64,000 nt of DNA from a virus (IMGVR_UViG_3300033146_003479:70397-134396); one strand, 5' to 3'. Shown: positions 38,889 through 49,774, counted from the first letter of the stretch. Made by a program: numbers and translations. The notes: generated from the letters alone by a model not told the origin.

Positions 38889-41648
38889 TTACCAATTTGA
38901 TATTCCAAATCCTTCAGTTAATGCCCCACTCTGAGAGTTCGAAGCGTATGTTATTCTTATGAATAGATATCGACTTACAGAAGTATCGCTTGAATATGTT
39001 CCAAGAGTAAACTCAACAGAACCATCGATACTAGGAGAATGACTTCCTGGATTAATTCTACAACCTTCTTCAGAATCTATTTCATAACAAGTCCATGTTA
39101 TGCCACCATCAACAGTTGTTCCGCCAACTGTTGTTCCCCAAGTCGGTTCAGTTCCCGCTGAACTGCCAGCATCAACTGTTACTTTATATTTATATCCATT
39201 AGCAACTGTAGGTACTACCCACTCGTCAAGGGAATAATCAGTATTTAATGTCCAAACGTCATCTACAAATCTAGCATTATCAGTGAATGATCCTAAAGAA
39301 TAATCAGAATTCAATGAAATCCAATCCGTTTTTGTAGGAACTTTGATGTCAATTTTAACGTTACCTGAACTTAAATCTGCATCAGTAATTCCCGGTAAGT
39401 CAATGATTCCATTTGAATTATCAATTGTTCCTTGAAAAATTCTATGATAATCGTAAACAGTTCCTGCGGCTAATCCTGAGTAATCAGGTCCTATAGGTAA
39501 ACGACCCGATGAATAATCAACACTTGGATGGGCTAAACATTTTTTCGTTGCAGAATCTTCGTCATAAACTTGAAGTTCATTTGCAAGAGTTGATAGAGAA
39601 GTAGTTCCAGTCCAATTTCCTGTCGCAGACACAGGAACAGTGTCGAAGTTTGATGTTCTTGGGAATCTATAATTTTCATCGACGAAATATTCATCAGTCG
39701 TAGTTGATTCAGCATTCACACTCATTATGGAAATGCCAGAACTAGCACTAGTGTCAGCAGTATATGAACCGTAAGGATCTCTTGGAGTAGCAGTAACTTG
39801 AACATCATTTTCTTCTTGTCCAGCGGGAACAACAAATTCATAATCAGTAATAGTCATAGTTTCAGAAATATCGGGAGGAGTTGAAACTCCAGTGACTGAT
39901 CCGTCAGTATATGAAATGTTTGCTGATGCTACTCCAGGGAATCCTGAAAGAACTACAGGAGCATTTGATGCATGATATACATTATTAAAAGCATTTGAAA
40001 CTACTAAATCATAATCAAAAGTTGAACCAGTATCATAATATGAAATTCCAGATACGCTTTTGACAACAGGAGTATCAATAGTTAAATTAGATGCTGTAAC
40101 ACTTGGATTAGCACCAGCATCAGTATCATAAAACAATTCATATGTAGATGAAGTTTCGCCATCTCGACTAACAACAATTGTATTATATCCTTGTCTCCAC
40201 AATGCAGGATCAGTCACATTAATTGTACATGACCCTTTTTGATAACCATCTGCTTCTATATTTTGAGTCCAATTAACAGAATTTAATGTCAAGTTACCGT
40301 ATCCACTGGCTGTTCCTGTGAAGTTCACAACACCATTTGTAACAGCATCTCCTGCTCCAGTTACATCATAATCAGCCATAACTTGACTTCCTGCACGATT
40401 ACTTTCGTTGAAATTTGCGGCTAAATCTAAATTGGCAATCACTGTTCCATTTAAAGTTACTGAAAGAATTCCAACGCTAGCACTTCTAAATGATGTTGCT
40501 GTTGATGAGAAAGTATTAGATGTGGGTATCCCTGTTGAACGAGTGATATAATTAATACTAGTTCCTGCTGGATCACCACTCTTATAGTTTATGTTGGATG
40601 TAGAAATTCTACCAGAGTATTCGGTGATTGTGTTATTGATATCTATAGTATCAGGAGCATCTGGAGCGTGAAGATATGCAGTAGTTCCGTCGATGAAAAC
40701 GTTGTCTGAATCTCCAGGACAAAGAACAATATCTGTAATATTTGTTCCTTCTGGATTTCCATCAGATTCTCTAACAGTTAATGATGAGTTTGAAGTTGCT
40801 ACCCATGCAGTACCATTAAACGTAAATGTTTTATCTGCTGAAGTGTCACCTTCAGTTACTATTAATTTATCACCATCTTGAGGAGAACCATCTTCTTCTT
40901 GACCATCTTCAACTAATGTCCAAGATGTCGCTACATTGTCCCAAACGTATTTTCTATTATTTTCTAAGGCATTCGTTAGTGCAGAAAAAAGAACTATGTC
41001 ATCGGACACTAAAGTTACACCATCAATTACGGGATCAGCAGACCATCCACTCAACACTGTTGATGATTCATCTAACACTCTAACTGGTAATCTCCAACTA
41101 TCTGAGATAGAATTAGAACTAATAACATTCGATAACATGCTGCCAGTATATCTATAAACAGTTACAGTTAATGGAGTTGACCATCCTTCGTCCGATGGAG
41201 TATTACCTTCGTTGAATCTCATAATACCATTATGATAATCCATTTGATATGACCCAGCGGTCAATGCGATAGTTGTTCCTGCACTATCTTTAAGAATGAA
41301 TGCGTAGCCATTTCCATATTTCTGAGGAGTTAAGAAGTGAGTTAATCTCACACTTGATGTGTTACCTGGAGTAGCATAACATGAGTATCCTTGACCATTA
41401 CTTGCGGGAATTTCGTCTAATTGATAATCTGTAAGTTTAGTGATTATAGCAAAATTTGTTGCATTAGCATCGGCTTCAGTGGAGTTAGATGCCGTAGGCA
41501 CAGTTTCACCAAAAATATCTGATGAATCTAACTGAGAGGACCATTGAAAACTTTCCTCGAAATAATTTTTATTATTGGTTGTACTTAGTACACCCAACGA
41601 CATCTTATTCGTAATGTCTTGAATCGTAGTACTATTTAACTTCGCCAT
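38889..41648 (-). CDS. fibre-like structural protein A2
   Basis: Full-length paralogue of 29819-32581. Confidence 0.75.
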   Translation of the reverse strand: MAKLNSTTIQDITNKMSLGVLSTTNNKNYFEESFQWSSQLDSSDIFGETVPTASNSTEADANATNFAIITKLTDYQLDEIPASNGQGYSCYATPGNTSSVRLTHFLTPQKYGNGYAFILKDSAGTTIALTAGSYQMDYHNGIMRFNEGNTPSDEGWSTPLTVTVYRYTGSMLSNVISSNSISDSWRLPVRVLDESSTVLSGWSADPVIDGVTLVSDDIVLFSALTNALENNRKYVWDNVATSWTLVEDGQEEDGSPQDGDKLIVTEGDTSADKTFTFNGTAWVATSNSSLTVRESDGNPEGTNITDIVLCPGDSDNVFIDGTTAYLHAPDAPDTIDINNTITEYSGRISTSNINYKSGDPAGTSINYITRSTGIPTSNTFSSTATSFRSASVGILSVTLNGTVIANLDLAANFNESNRAGSQVMADYDVTGAGDAVTNGVVNFTGTASGYGNLTLNSVNWTQNIEADGYQKGSCTINVTDPALWRQGYNTIVVSRDGETSSTYELFYDTDAGANPSVTASNLTIDTPVVKSVSGISYYDTGSTFDYDLVVSNAFNNVYHASNAPVVLSGFPGVASANISYTDGSVTGVSTPPDISETMTITDYEFVVPAGQEENDVQVTATPRDPYGSYTADTSASSGISIMSVNAESTTTDEYFVDENYRFPRTSNFDTVPVSATGNWTGTTSLSTLANELQVYDEDSATKKCLAHPSVDYSSGRLPIGPDYSGLAAGTVYDYHRIFQGTIDNSNGIIDLPGITDADLSSGNVKIDIKVPTKTDWISLNSDYSLGSFTDNARFVDDVWTLNTDYSLDEWVVPTVANGYKYKVTVDAGSSAGTEPTWGTTVGGTTVDGGITWTCYEIDSEEGCRINPGSHSPSIDGSVEFTLGTYSSDTSVSRYLFIRITYASNSQSGALTEGFGISNW

Positions 41649-41962
41649 TATTTAATCCCCCTAATTAATCGTTTTAATTGAGAAACAATTCGTTTCAAAT
41701 CTTGGAATTTCATAATTTTACCTGTAGCAAAAAAGTCATTTACTTTTATTGATAGTAAAAACATATTGTTTTTCTGTTTGATATATGCAAATTTGTTTGT
41801 AAAAACGTCTGCTTTATCGTTCTCCTTCCTAAGAGCAAGAATAGTTTGCTCTTTCAATGCTTCAGCATCTTCTAGTGTTAGCATTATAATTTCACTAGAA
41901 ATCCCATTCTCTTCGAAGATAATACCAATTTTATCATCATGTGTTAAAAATTTTAAATCCAT
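41648..41962 (-). CDS. hypothetical protein
   Basis: AAGGAG SD; 1 nt TAATG overlap with A2. Confidence 0.6.
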   Translation of the reverse strand: MDLKFLTHDDKIGIIFEENGISSEIIMLTLEDAEALKEQTILALRKENDKADVFTNKFAYIKQKNNMFLLSIKVNDFFATGKIMKFQDLKRIVSQLKRLIRGIK

Positions 41963-41977
41963 AGAACATCTCCTTCT

Positions 41978-44650
41978 TTACCAGTTAATCGAAAATTCGT
42001 TACTTATTACATTTGGTATACTAACACTAGCATACGTTATTCTTACAAATATAACTCTATTTACACTTGAGTCGCTAGAAAATTCACCTAATGTGAACTC
42101 AATAGAATTATCAGAATCAATTGAATGACTTCCGGGATTAATTCTACATCCCTCATCACTATCAATTTGATATCTTGTCCATGTGACTCCTTCATCTAAT
42201 ATCTCATCGGTTACCCAATTTGGCTCAACATCTCCAGATTGACCTGTTGAAATCGCTGAACATCTATACTTATTACCATTAGAGATAGTGGGTATTATCC
42301 AATCTCCAACTGCATACGTTGTTGTTTGCCAAGTATTATTGACAAATCTTGCATTTTCACTAAAACTACTCATGTTATAATTATTGGAGATATTTAACCA
42401 ATCAGTTTTAGATGGAACTTTAATATGAATCATCACATTAGTTCCTAAATCCAGATCTGTTATCCCATTAATTGTTAAAATTCCATTACTATTATCTTGA
42501 GATCCTTGAAAAACTCGAACATAATGTTTATTTAGTCCCCCACTTAATACAGAATAATCAGGATTAGCAGGGATAGTGCCAGTCAGGTCATCATGTGGAT
42601 GAATTAATGATTGAGATTCTAATCCATAAGTATCATAAACCTGAAGATCATTCGCTCCCAATGGTAATTGAGAATTCCAACGCCCAGTTATAGCCAAAGG
42701 TACAATATTGAAATCATAACTCAAATCAAATCTATATGTTTCATCAATAAAAAATTCAGATGATGCGTCCGAAGTTGGACTCATACTCATAGTTAAAATA
42801 TTATTTTCAGGAGTAAGATAGTTAGTGTATGTGCTGTATGGATCTCTAGGAGTAAATGTTAATCTAGTATTAGAATCTTCTTGATTGATAGGAATTATAT
42901 ACTCCTTGTTTGTTATAATCATGCTTTCTGAAATATCAGGAGGAGTAGACACTCCTGTAACACTCGAATCAGTGTATGATATAGTATCAGATATGTTAAT
43001 ATTAGATGAAATTATAATTGGAGCGTTCGATGAATGATAAACATTATCAAAAGCATTCTCAACGATAGCCGTAGCATATAATGAAGTCCCAGTATTGCAA
43101 TATTCTATGCCCGATATGAAATTGCTAACTAAACTATTTACTAAAAGTTCTGTTGAATGAACCTCAGGATTAGAATTGCTATCTGTATCATAAAATAATC
43201 TAAAAATATTATTGGAATTTCCATTATGAGATGTTTCAATATAATTATATCCTTGACGTAATGCAATAGGGTTGAGTTCAATGGTAAATGCTCCCATTTG
43301 ATAAGCATCGCTATCTATTGCTCCAGTCGCTCTCACGGATTCTAGAGTTAGTGTTCCTCCAGAGAATGTAATGACCCCGTTTACTAAACTATTTCCAGAT
43401 CCTTGAATATTATAATCATTCATGTCTTGATTCGTAGATCGATTAACTTCATTAAAATTACTGGATAAATCTAAATTCGCAACAACTATTCCATTAATGA
43501 AAACCTCTAAGTTGCCAATGCTAGCATTATTGAACTCACTTTCTCTCAATGAGAAGTTAGCATCCATAGTTAAATAATCATGTTCGACTCCATACGTTGT
43601 TTCATAATTAATATTACTTTGACTTACTCTGCCAGTATATAATACATTATTAGTTAATGTTAAATCTCCTCCTAAATTCAGCGGAGGAGCCACACTGTTT
43701 ATATATGCTACTCCATCAACGATATTGACAGTTTCTCCATTAGAATCAGTTCGACCATTAAATACAATTTGAGATACCGATTCCGAAGGACTACCATCAA
43801 GTTCGCTTACTATAAGTCCACCACTTGATCCGCCACCACTTAATGTGCTATACATTAAATTAGTTTCAATATTGATAATTTTATGTGTATCATCATACAT
43901 GCCTAAATAGACATTTGATGAATTAATAGAAATCTCTTTTAAGGTATTGTCGTAAAAAAAGCGTTGATTAGTATCTGTTAATATAGTAAATTCATCCGAA
44001 ACTTTACTAATACCTGAAAATAAAATAACATACATGAATCGTTCTTCAGATAAGATTAATTCGGGATTCATATCTATTTTTTCGATAACAACTCCGATTT
44101 GCGAATTGCTTCCCGTGAATTCAGTAATGTTTTGTATATTAAATGTGAAGCCTGAAGATATGGTTTCGTTTACTGATTCTATGAAAACTAAATCCGTTAA
44201 ATTTAATTCAGTAACACATCTACCTTTTATAATTTTCTCAGATTTTTGACTTAAACTTTGAAGATTTTGTTCGATTTCTTTACTCCAACCGAATTCATTA
44301 TCGAACTCAGTAGTTTCACCACTCATTGGAATAGTAGAATCAGTTATTGAATTAGATACTTTCAAATATAAGTTAGTTTGTGAATAATTCCCTTTTGAAC
44401 TTCGTTCAACTACTTTTAAATAATAATTTCCACTCACCACAGGAATAAATTTTTCGGGAGATACAATGGATGATTGAGAATTTGAATGCTCAAAAATTGG
44501 CAAATAAGTTTTATCATTAGTGCTATTTGGGTATTGTAATATTTCCCAATGAACTCTTTGAGAATCAGATTCCAGTGTTAATTCTTTAAATGAATCTATA
44601 TCTAAAATGATTTTTGCGTTTGTATAATCTATATTATTTATAGTGAGCAT
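41978..44650 (-). CDS. fibre-like structural protein B2
   Basis: Paralogue of B1 with extra N-terminal domains; late promoter at 44682-44689 (minus strand). Confidence 0.7.
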   Translation of the reverse strand: MLTINNIDYTNAKIILDIDSFKELTLESDSQRVHWEILQYPNSTNDKTYLPIFEHSNSQSSIVSPEKFIPVVSGNYYLKVVERSSKGNYSQTNLYLKVSNSITDSTIPMSGETTEFDNEFGWSKEIEQNLQSLSQKSEKIIKGRCVTELNLTDLVFIESVNETISSGFTFNIQNITEFTGSNSQIGVVIEKIDMNPELILSEERFMYVILFSGISKVSDEFTILTDTNQRFFYDNTLKEISINSSNVYLGMYDDTHKIINIETNLMYSTLSGGGSSGGLIVSELDGSPSESVSQIVFNGRTDSNGETVNIVDGVAYINSVAPPLNLGGDLTLTNNVLYTGRVSQSNINYETTYGVEHDYLTMDANFSLRESEFNNASIGNLEVFINGIVVANLDLSSNFNEVNRSTNQDMNDYNIQGSGNSLVNGVITFSGGTLTLESVRATGAIDSDAYQMGAFTIELNPIALRQGYNYIETSHNGNSNNIFRLFYDTDSNSNPEVHSTELLVNSLVSNFISGIEYCNTGTSLYATAIVENAFDNVYHSSNAPIIISSNINISDTISYTDSSVTGVSTPPDISESMIITNKEYIIPINQEDSNTRLTFTPRDPYSTYTNYLTPENNILTMSMSPTSDASSEFFIDETYRFDLSYDFNIVPLAITGRWNSQLPLGANDLQVYDTYGLESQSLIHPHDDLTGTIPANPDYSVLSGGLNKHYVRVFQGSQDNSNGILTINGITDLDLGTNVMIHIKVPSKTDWLNISNNYNMSSFSENARFVNNTWQTTTYAVGDWIIPTISNGNKYRCSAISTGQSGDVEPNWVTDEILDEGVTWTRYQIDSDEGCRINPGSHSIDSDNSIEFTLGEFSSDSSVNRVIFVRITYASVSIPNVISNEFSINW

Positions 44651-44699
44651 ATTTGAACCTTTTTATAATTTTTCTATCAAATATTTATTATTTTACTTT

Positions 44700-46604
44700 T
44701 TAAAAAATCGTTTGTGTAATTGAGACATGAGCCGTCCATCGACAGGTTGTGTAATGGGATTTGTGCACTTGAATCTCGAGAGTTGTGCCTGATATGTTAA
44801 ATCTTACATCACCATTAAACCCTGAATCTTGTTTTTCATCTTTAGTTGCGGATCCAACTTCAGTTATATCAGTTCCATTAAATTTAAATGCTCCCGAAAG
44901 AGAAAATACTCCACATAAACTTGTTCCAGATTCTGTTGCGGCAATTTCTGTTTTAATGTTCCAAATTGAATTTGTAGGCATTATTAGATCGGAGAATGTG
45001 TCAATTTTAAGTGCTTTCCAAACCAAAGAAGTAGTGAGAATTTGAAGAACTAAGTTGAACTGTTGACTATCTCCAGGCGATGAAAAACTGCCGCTAGATA
45101 GTGCTTGTTCAGTTTTATGTGTTGTTTTTGATCCCTTTCCTTTTGCGTGACTATAATCTCCCTCTGCGTGACTACTTCTTCCTTCTGCGTGACTACCTTG
45201 TCCTTCAGCGTGAGTAAAATATCCTTCTGCGTGGCTATTCTCACCCTCTGCGTGAGTAAAATATCCTTCAGCGTGACTATTCTCGCCCTCTGCGTGAGTG
45301 TTGCCACCCTCTGCGTGACTATTCTCGCCCTCTGCGTGAGTAACATATCCTTCAGCGTGAGTATTCTCGCCCTCTGCGTGAGTGTTCTCGCCCTCTGCGT
45401 GACTACTTAATCCAGTTGCTTGAGTTCCTCGTCCTTCAGCGTGACTATACTCTCCTGAAGCAATGGTTTCGATATATGTGAGCCATGGACTTTCACCACT
45501 TGTCCTATATCCTCCTTCAGCGTGACTATGCCATCCACTAGCAATAGTTCCATATCCTTCAGCATGACTATTTCTTCCGATTGTTTGAGTACGTTCTCCT
45601 TCAGTGTGACTATTCTCGCCCGAAGCAATAGTTAAATGCCCCGAACTATTGGCATTTTTTATTTGAGCATTTGAATGATTAGGTACCACAAAATTTAAAT
45701 CATAAGAATTTAAGTCTTCATTTATAACTAGAGTGGTGATTGGATTAACATAACTACAACTATTAAAATTTGTCGCAACTATTGTATAAATTGAACCATC
45801 CTCTAAAATACATTTTAAATCATTTGACGTGATAAAATAATCACTTGAATAATCTCCTGAAAGTTCGATGTTTGATGGATTTCCAGTAGGAGTATTCACG
45901 ACTTTCACTGCGGGTCCAGTAAGAGTTCGTTCTCCACTAGATTTACAATTATCTCCTAATGCATTAGTTTTTAATCCCTCAGCGTGACTATTCTCGCCCT
46001 CAGCGTGAGTATCTTCTCCCTCAACATGACTATACTGTCCCTCAGCGTGACTACTATGTCCTTCAGCGTGACTATAAGATCCCTCAGCGTGAGTATTTTC
46101 TCCCTCAGCATGACTACCAAATCCCTCAGTATGAGTATTATATCCCTCAGCATGACTATAATTTCCTTCTGCATGACTACCATATCCTTCTGCGTGACTA
46201 CCAGTTTTATTGGCATGACTACCATATCCTTCTGCGTGACTATTCTCGCCCTCTGCGTGAGTGTTGCCACCCTCTGCGTGACTATAATCTCCTGTAGAAC
46301 CTCTTCCTGATATGGTAGTTTGACTACTATCTATCGCATTAGTTCCTATAGTTCCTTTATTACTAGTATCTATCCCTAATAGAACTACTCCATCGTCATG
46401 ACTACCGAAGCCCTCGTTTACACTTCCTCCTCCAGAGTCTTCTACCCAAGATGTTCCATTATAAACTTCAAATCTATCATTAGTTATATTAAACACTCTT
46501 ACTAATTTAGAATTTTCTGTGGGATTTAATCCACTTAACTCAGCAGTTGTATATTTCGGATAAATATCTCCGATTGCTGGGCGAGTATTAAAATTTGCCA
46601 TCAT
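44700..46604 (-). CDS. SHAEG-heptad (YadA-head/Hep-Hag-like) fibre protein
   Basis: Two blocks of xxSHAEG repeats. Confidence 0.75.
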   Translation of the reverse strand: MMANFNTRPAIGDIYPKYTTAELSGLNPTENSKLVRVFNITNDRFEVYNGTSWVEDSGGGSVNEGFGSHDDGVVLLGIDTSNKGTIGTNAIDSSQTTISGRGSTGDYSHAEGGNTHAEGENSHAEGYGSHANKTGSHAEGYGSHAEGNYSHAEGYNTHTEGFGSHAEGENTHAEGSYSHAEGHSSHAEGQYSHVEGEDTHAEGENSHAEGLKTNALGDNCKSSGERTLTGPAVKVVNTPTGNPSNIELSGDYSSDYFITSNDLKCILEDGSIYTIVATNFNSCSYVNPITTLVINEDLNSYDLNFVVPNHSNAQIKNANSSGHLTIASGENSHTEGERTQTIGRNSHAEGYGTIASGWHSHAEGGYRTSGESPWLTYIETIASGEYSHAEGRGTQATGLSSHAEGENTHAEGENTHAEGYVTHAEGENSHAEGGNTHAEGENSHAEGYFTHAEGENSHAEGYFTHAEGQGSHAEGRSSHAEGDYSHAKGKGSKTTHKTEQALSSGSFSSPGDSQQFNLVLQILTTSLVWKALKIDTFSDLIMPTNSIWNIKTEIAATESGTSLCGVFSLSGAFKFNGTDITEVGSATKDEKQDSGFNGDVRFNISGTTLEIQVHKSHYTTCRWTAHVSITQTIF

Positions 46605-47960
46605 ATATCTCCTTTATTATATATCATAAATTATTTCTTCGGTTTCTAATCGTCCTACCCAGAGAACTGAATCTGAATTTCCATTGACTTGGATCTCTAA
46701 TGCGTTACCTGTAGCCACAACTTGGATGCTATATGTTGAGTCGTCTTCATATTCAGTAGTAATTGAGTGATATTTTAATATTGCATTGCTAGAATCTCGA
46801 TATATAATTCCTTTAATGCTATAAGCATTTGAATTAGATGATGAATTTCTACTTATCACATTAGCATTAAATTTTATAGTTTGATTAGGTAATAATGATA
46901 AAGTTAATATATTATCATTTTCGTTTATACTATTTTGTCCCATCGAGTGATTTGAAGCATCAGTTGTATATGCCATTATAGAATGCAGTCCTAATTGAGC
47001 CTGACCTGGAGTTGAGTTGTCCCATGCTCCGGATGCTATATATGTAGAATAATTATCACGAGCGTGAGACAATCTACCACAAGCGTGACTACCATGTCCC
47101 TCTGCATGACTATTCTCACCCTCTGCGTGACTACCAGGTCCCTCAGCATGGGTATTATATCCTTCAGCATGACTATAATTTCCCTCAGCATGACTATTCT
47201 CGCCCTCAGCATGACTATATTGTCCCTCAGTGTGACTATAACCTCCCTCAGCATGACTATAACTTCCCTCAGCATGACTATAACTTCCCTCAGCATGACT
47301 ATATTGTCCCTTAGCATGAGTATTATATCCCTCAGCATGAGACCCATATCCTTCAGCGTATGTGCGACTACCTTGAGTATATGAATATTGACCACTCGCT
47401 ACCGTTTCAAATCCAGTAGCGTGTTGAGAAGACAAAGAAGGTCCAGAATTTGGAATAACGTACTTATATGATGATGATGCTCCATTAATCACAATAATCG
47501 TGGTTTGATCTAATCCGCTATCATATGTTACAGAAACAAAATCGCTTTCAGAGATAATATCACACTGAGAATTTCCAATCACATAAAATTTTAAGTTGGA
47601 GTTAAATGAAGATGTGACATCTCCACTCATAATAAATTCTGTAGGATAAGTGACACTTACAATTTTTATTGCGTGTCCAGCAAAAGAATTTCTTCCTTCT
47701 GCGTGACTAGAAGTGGATAATGCGACGGTATTTTCTCCCTCAGCATGACTATTCTCACCCTCTGCATGACTACCATATCCTTCTGCGTGACTATTCTCGC
47801 CCTCTGCGTGAGTGTTATCGCCCTCTGCGTGACTATAATCTCCCTCTGCGTGACTATCTTCTCCCTCAGCATGACTACCAAATCCCTCGGCATGAGTATT
47901 ATATCCCTCAGCATGACTATCATTTCCTTCTGCGTGAGTGTTACCACCCTCTGCGTGACT
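45140..47960 (-). repeat. 21 bp coding tandem repeats (four blocks) encoding xx(S/T)HAEG
   Basis: Plus-strand unit like CCCTCTGCGTGACTATTCTCG recurring with 21 bp period. Confidence 0.9.
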
Positions 47961-48347
47961 ATAATCTCCTGTAGAACCTCTTCCTGATATGGTAGTTTGA
48001 CTACTATCTATCGCATTAGTTCCTATAGTTCCTTTATTATTAGTATCTATCCCTAATAGAACTACTCCATCATCATGACTACCGAAGCCCTCGTTATCTT
48101 CACCAAAATTAATTGCTGTCCAAGTACTACCATCACTATTTAATATATATTCAGTACTATCAGAGATACATCGAACTTTCATTCCTTCACTACGTCTATC
48201 TACAGGTATAGCATCTCGTTCAGTGGTATCTTGAACTGTTCTATATCCCCCACGATTAAATTTTTCATCAGTGACAGCATATGTGTCGTTATCGTCTGTG
48301 GGAGCAACTAGTCCCCCAAAAGGAATTCCACCTGGTATTTTTGCCAT
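46617..48347 (-). CDS. SHAEG-heptad fibre protein, paralogue of 44700-46604
   Basis: Two blocks of xxSHAEG repeats; RGGYRTV..ERDAIP..RRSEGMKV N-domain. Confidence 0.75.
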   Translation of the reverse strand: MAKIPGGIPFGGLVAPTDDNDTYAVTDEKFNRGGYRTVQDTTERDAIPVDRRSEGMKVRCISDSTEYILNSDGSTWTAINFGEDNEGFGSHDDGVVLLGIDTNNKGTIGTNAIDSSQTTISGRGSTGDYSHAEGGNTHAEGNDSHAEGYNTHAEGFGSHAEGEDSHAEGDYSHAEGDNTHAEGENSHAEGYGSHAEGENSHAEGENTVALSTSSHAEGRNSFAGHAIKIVSVTYPTEFIMSGDVTSSFNSNLKFYVIGNSQCDIISESDFVSVTYDSGLDQTTIIVINGASSSYKYVIPNSGPSLSSQHATGFETVASGQYSYTQGSRTYAEGYGSHAEGYNTHAKGQYSHAEGSYSHAEGSYSHAEGGYSHTEGQYSHAEGENSHAEGNYSHAEGYNTHAEGPGSHAEGENSHAEGHGSHACGRLSHARDNYSTYIASGAWDNSTPGQAQLGLHSIMAYTTDASNHSMGQNSINENDNILTLSLLPNQTIKFNANVISRNSSSNSNAYSIKGIIYRDSSNAILKYHSITTEYEDDSTYSIQVVATGNALEIQVNGNSDSVLWVGRLETEEIIYDI

Positions 48348-48358
48348 TTTATTTCTCC

Positions 48359-49681
48359 TTAACTCACTCTAATATTAATTGTTCCAGCCATTTGCTGAGT
48401 GCTTCTATAAACATAATAATCTATTGCTTGACTTCGAGAATTAGTTACATTAACCGTATAAACAATTTCGAATGGAACTGGTAAATTATTACTAGTGTCT
48501 GTGAATCCAGAAGCCTCACTGAAAGTTATTGGATAACAGATATATTTGTATGTTGGAGTTGGACTAGTTTCAACAAATGAATATGTTCGTTGCCGATTAT
48601 TTTCTAGTTCATCGTGGCTTCTTAATGTAATGATTTCAGATTCAATAAGGGAAGGAGAAACGGTTTCTCCATAATATGTTATCCATCGCCATTCAAATGT
48701 CAAATTTCGGGTTAATGTTTGATTTAAACTATTTTCAATAGATAATCTAAATTGATGTGAAACTGTTGGAGTAGTCATTACAGATGCATCTTTTGTTATC
48801 GCTGTAGGCATTGAACAATTATGTGAATGTGTAGAATGATCTATATCGATTATGTCAACGAAAGTTGACCCTCCACTAACATCTTCAATATTTAATGTGT
48901 TTGGCATAACATTAAATTCATTATTAATTGTCCAAGTTGCAATTGGATCAATTGGCGTTAATTCTCCAACTTCATAAATAGTTTTCCAACCAGTAAATGT
49001 GAAATTAGTGATATTAGTAGCATATAATAAAGCATTCCACATTTCAGAACTAGTTTGATTATTAAATGTTGAGCCAGCAATAATTCCACCCACAGTATTC
49101 ACTGTGGGTTCAGCATTTGTGAATCCGGCGGAGGATACAGTTGTCCAAATAGGAGTAGTATTCCCTTGACATTGTAAAAAATCACCATTGTGTCCGTCTG
49201 GACTCAATGTTACCCAATTTATTCCATCAAACCATAAAACATGTCCAGCACTCGACGGTAAAGGTAATATTGCAATTGTTTCCCAACTAGGATCAGTAGC
49301 AATTCCATTTGACATTAAAAATTTATTTTGTTGTCCAGTGGAATCTAATATATCCCATCCTGTCGTAGAATTTCCAAACATCAGATCTCCACGATGCTGA
49401 GATAACATCATAGAAGTGAATGTATTCCAACTAGGAATACCTGACTCTAATTGTAATATTTGTTCATTTCCACCTGTGGCTAAAAGAGTCCATTCTGATC
49501 CATTCCAGTATAATATTTGACCGGTTTCTGTGCCAGCAGGAACTGAAATTCCTCCAGAACCACTACCACCTGTTCCCCAATAATTAGGTTGATTTGCTCC
49601 ATTTGATTTCAACACATCGTTGACTTGAGCCCCATCTTTTATTTCAATTTTATTTGTGATCCATTGACCTTTTATCTTCAT
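48359..49681 (-). CDS. virion structural/fibre protein
   Basis: Repeated GQILYWNGSEW-type modules, TVGGIIAGSTF motif. Confidence 0.65.
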   Translation of the reverse strand: MKIKGQWITNKIEIKDGAQVNDVLKSNGANQPNYWGTGGSGSGGISVPAGTETGQILYWNGSEWTLLATGGNEQILQLESGIPSWNTFTSMMLSQHRGDLMFGNSTTGWDILDSTGQQNKFLMSNGIATDPSWETIAILPLPSSAGHVLWFDGINWVTLSPDGHNGDFLQCQGNTTPIWTTVSSAGFTNAEPTVNTVGGIIAGSTFNNQTSSEMWNALLYATNITNFTFTGWKTIYEVGELTPIDPIATWTINNEFNVMPNTLNIEDVSGGSTFVDIIDIDHSTHSHNCSMPTAITKDASVMTTPTVSHQFRLSIENSLNQTLTRNLTFEWRWITYYGETVSPSLIESEIITLRSHDELENNRQRTYSFVETSPTPTYKYICYPITFSEASGFTDTSNNLPVPFEIVYTVNVTNSRSQAIDYYVYRSTQQMAGTINIRVS

Positions 49682-49774
49682 AATTAACCTATCGAGATTG
49701 TTTATAATTCCTTTTCTTATTTATTCTTTTTTTCATAAACTATAAATAATTGAAAATAATAAGAGGTAAATAAA

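Noticed and set aside
3667-41157. Numerous 60-140 aa antisense ORFs in the ORF track overlapping the called genes
   Set aside because: Fully nested opposite better-supported genes, with no recognisable motifs or SD
45140-47960. 21 bp tandem repeats as a CRISPR array
   Set aside because: Units are contiguous, in frame and coding; no unique spacers
44785-47987. Several 80-120 aa ORFs in alternative frames and strands over the SHAEG genes
   Set aside because: Shadow frames created by stop-free 21 bp repeats; repetitive translations with no SD or promoter support
29819-48347. Diversity-generating retroelement TR/VR pairs among the near-identical segments
   Set aside because: No reverse transcriptase in the window; the few mismatches checked are not adenine-specific and are often synonymous
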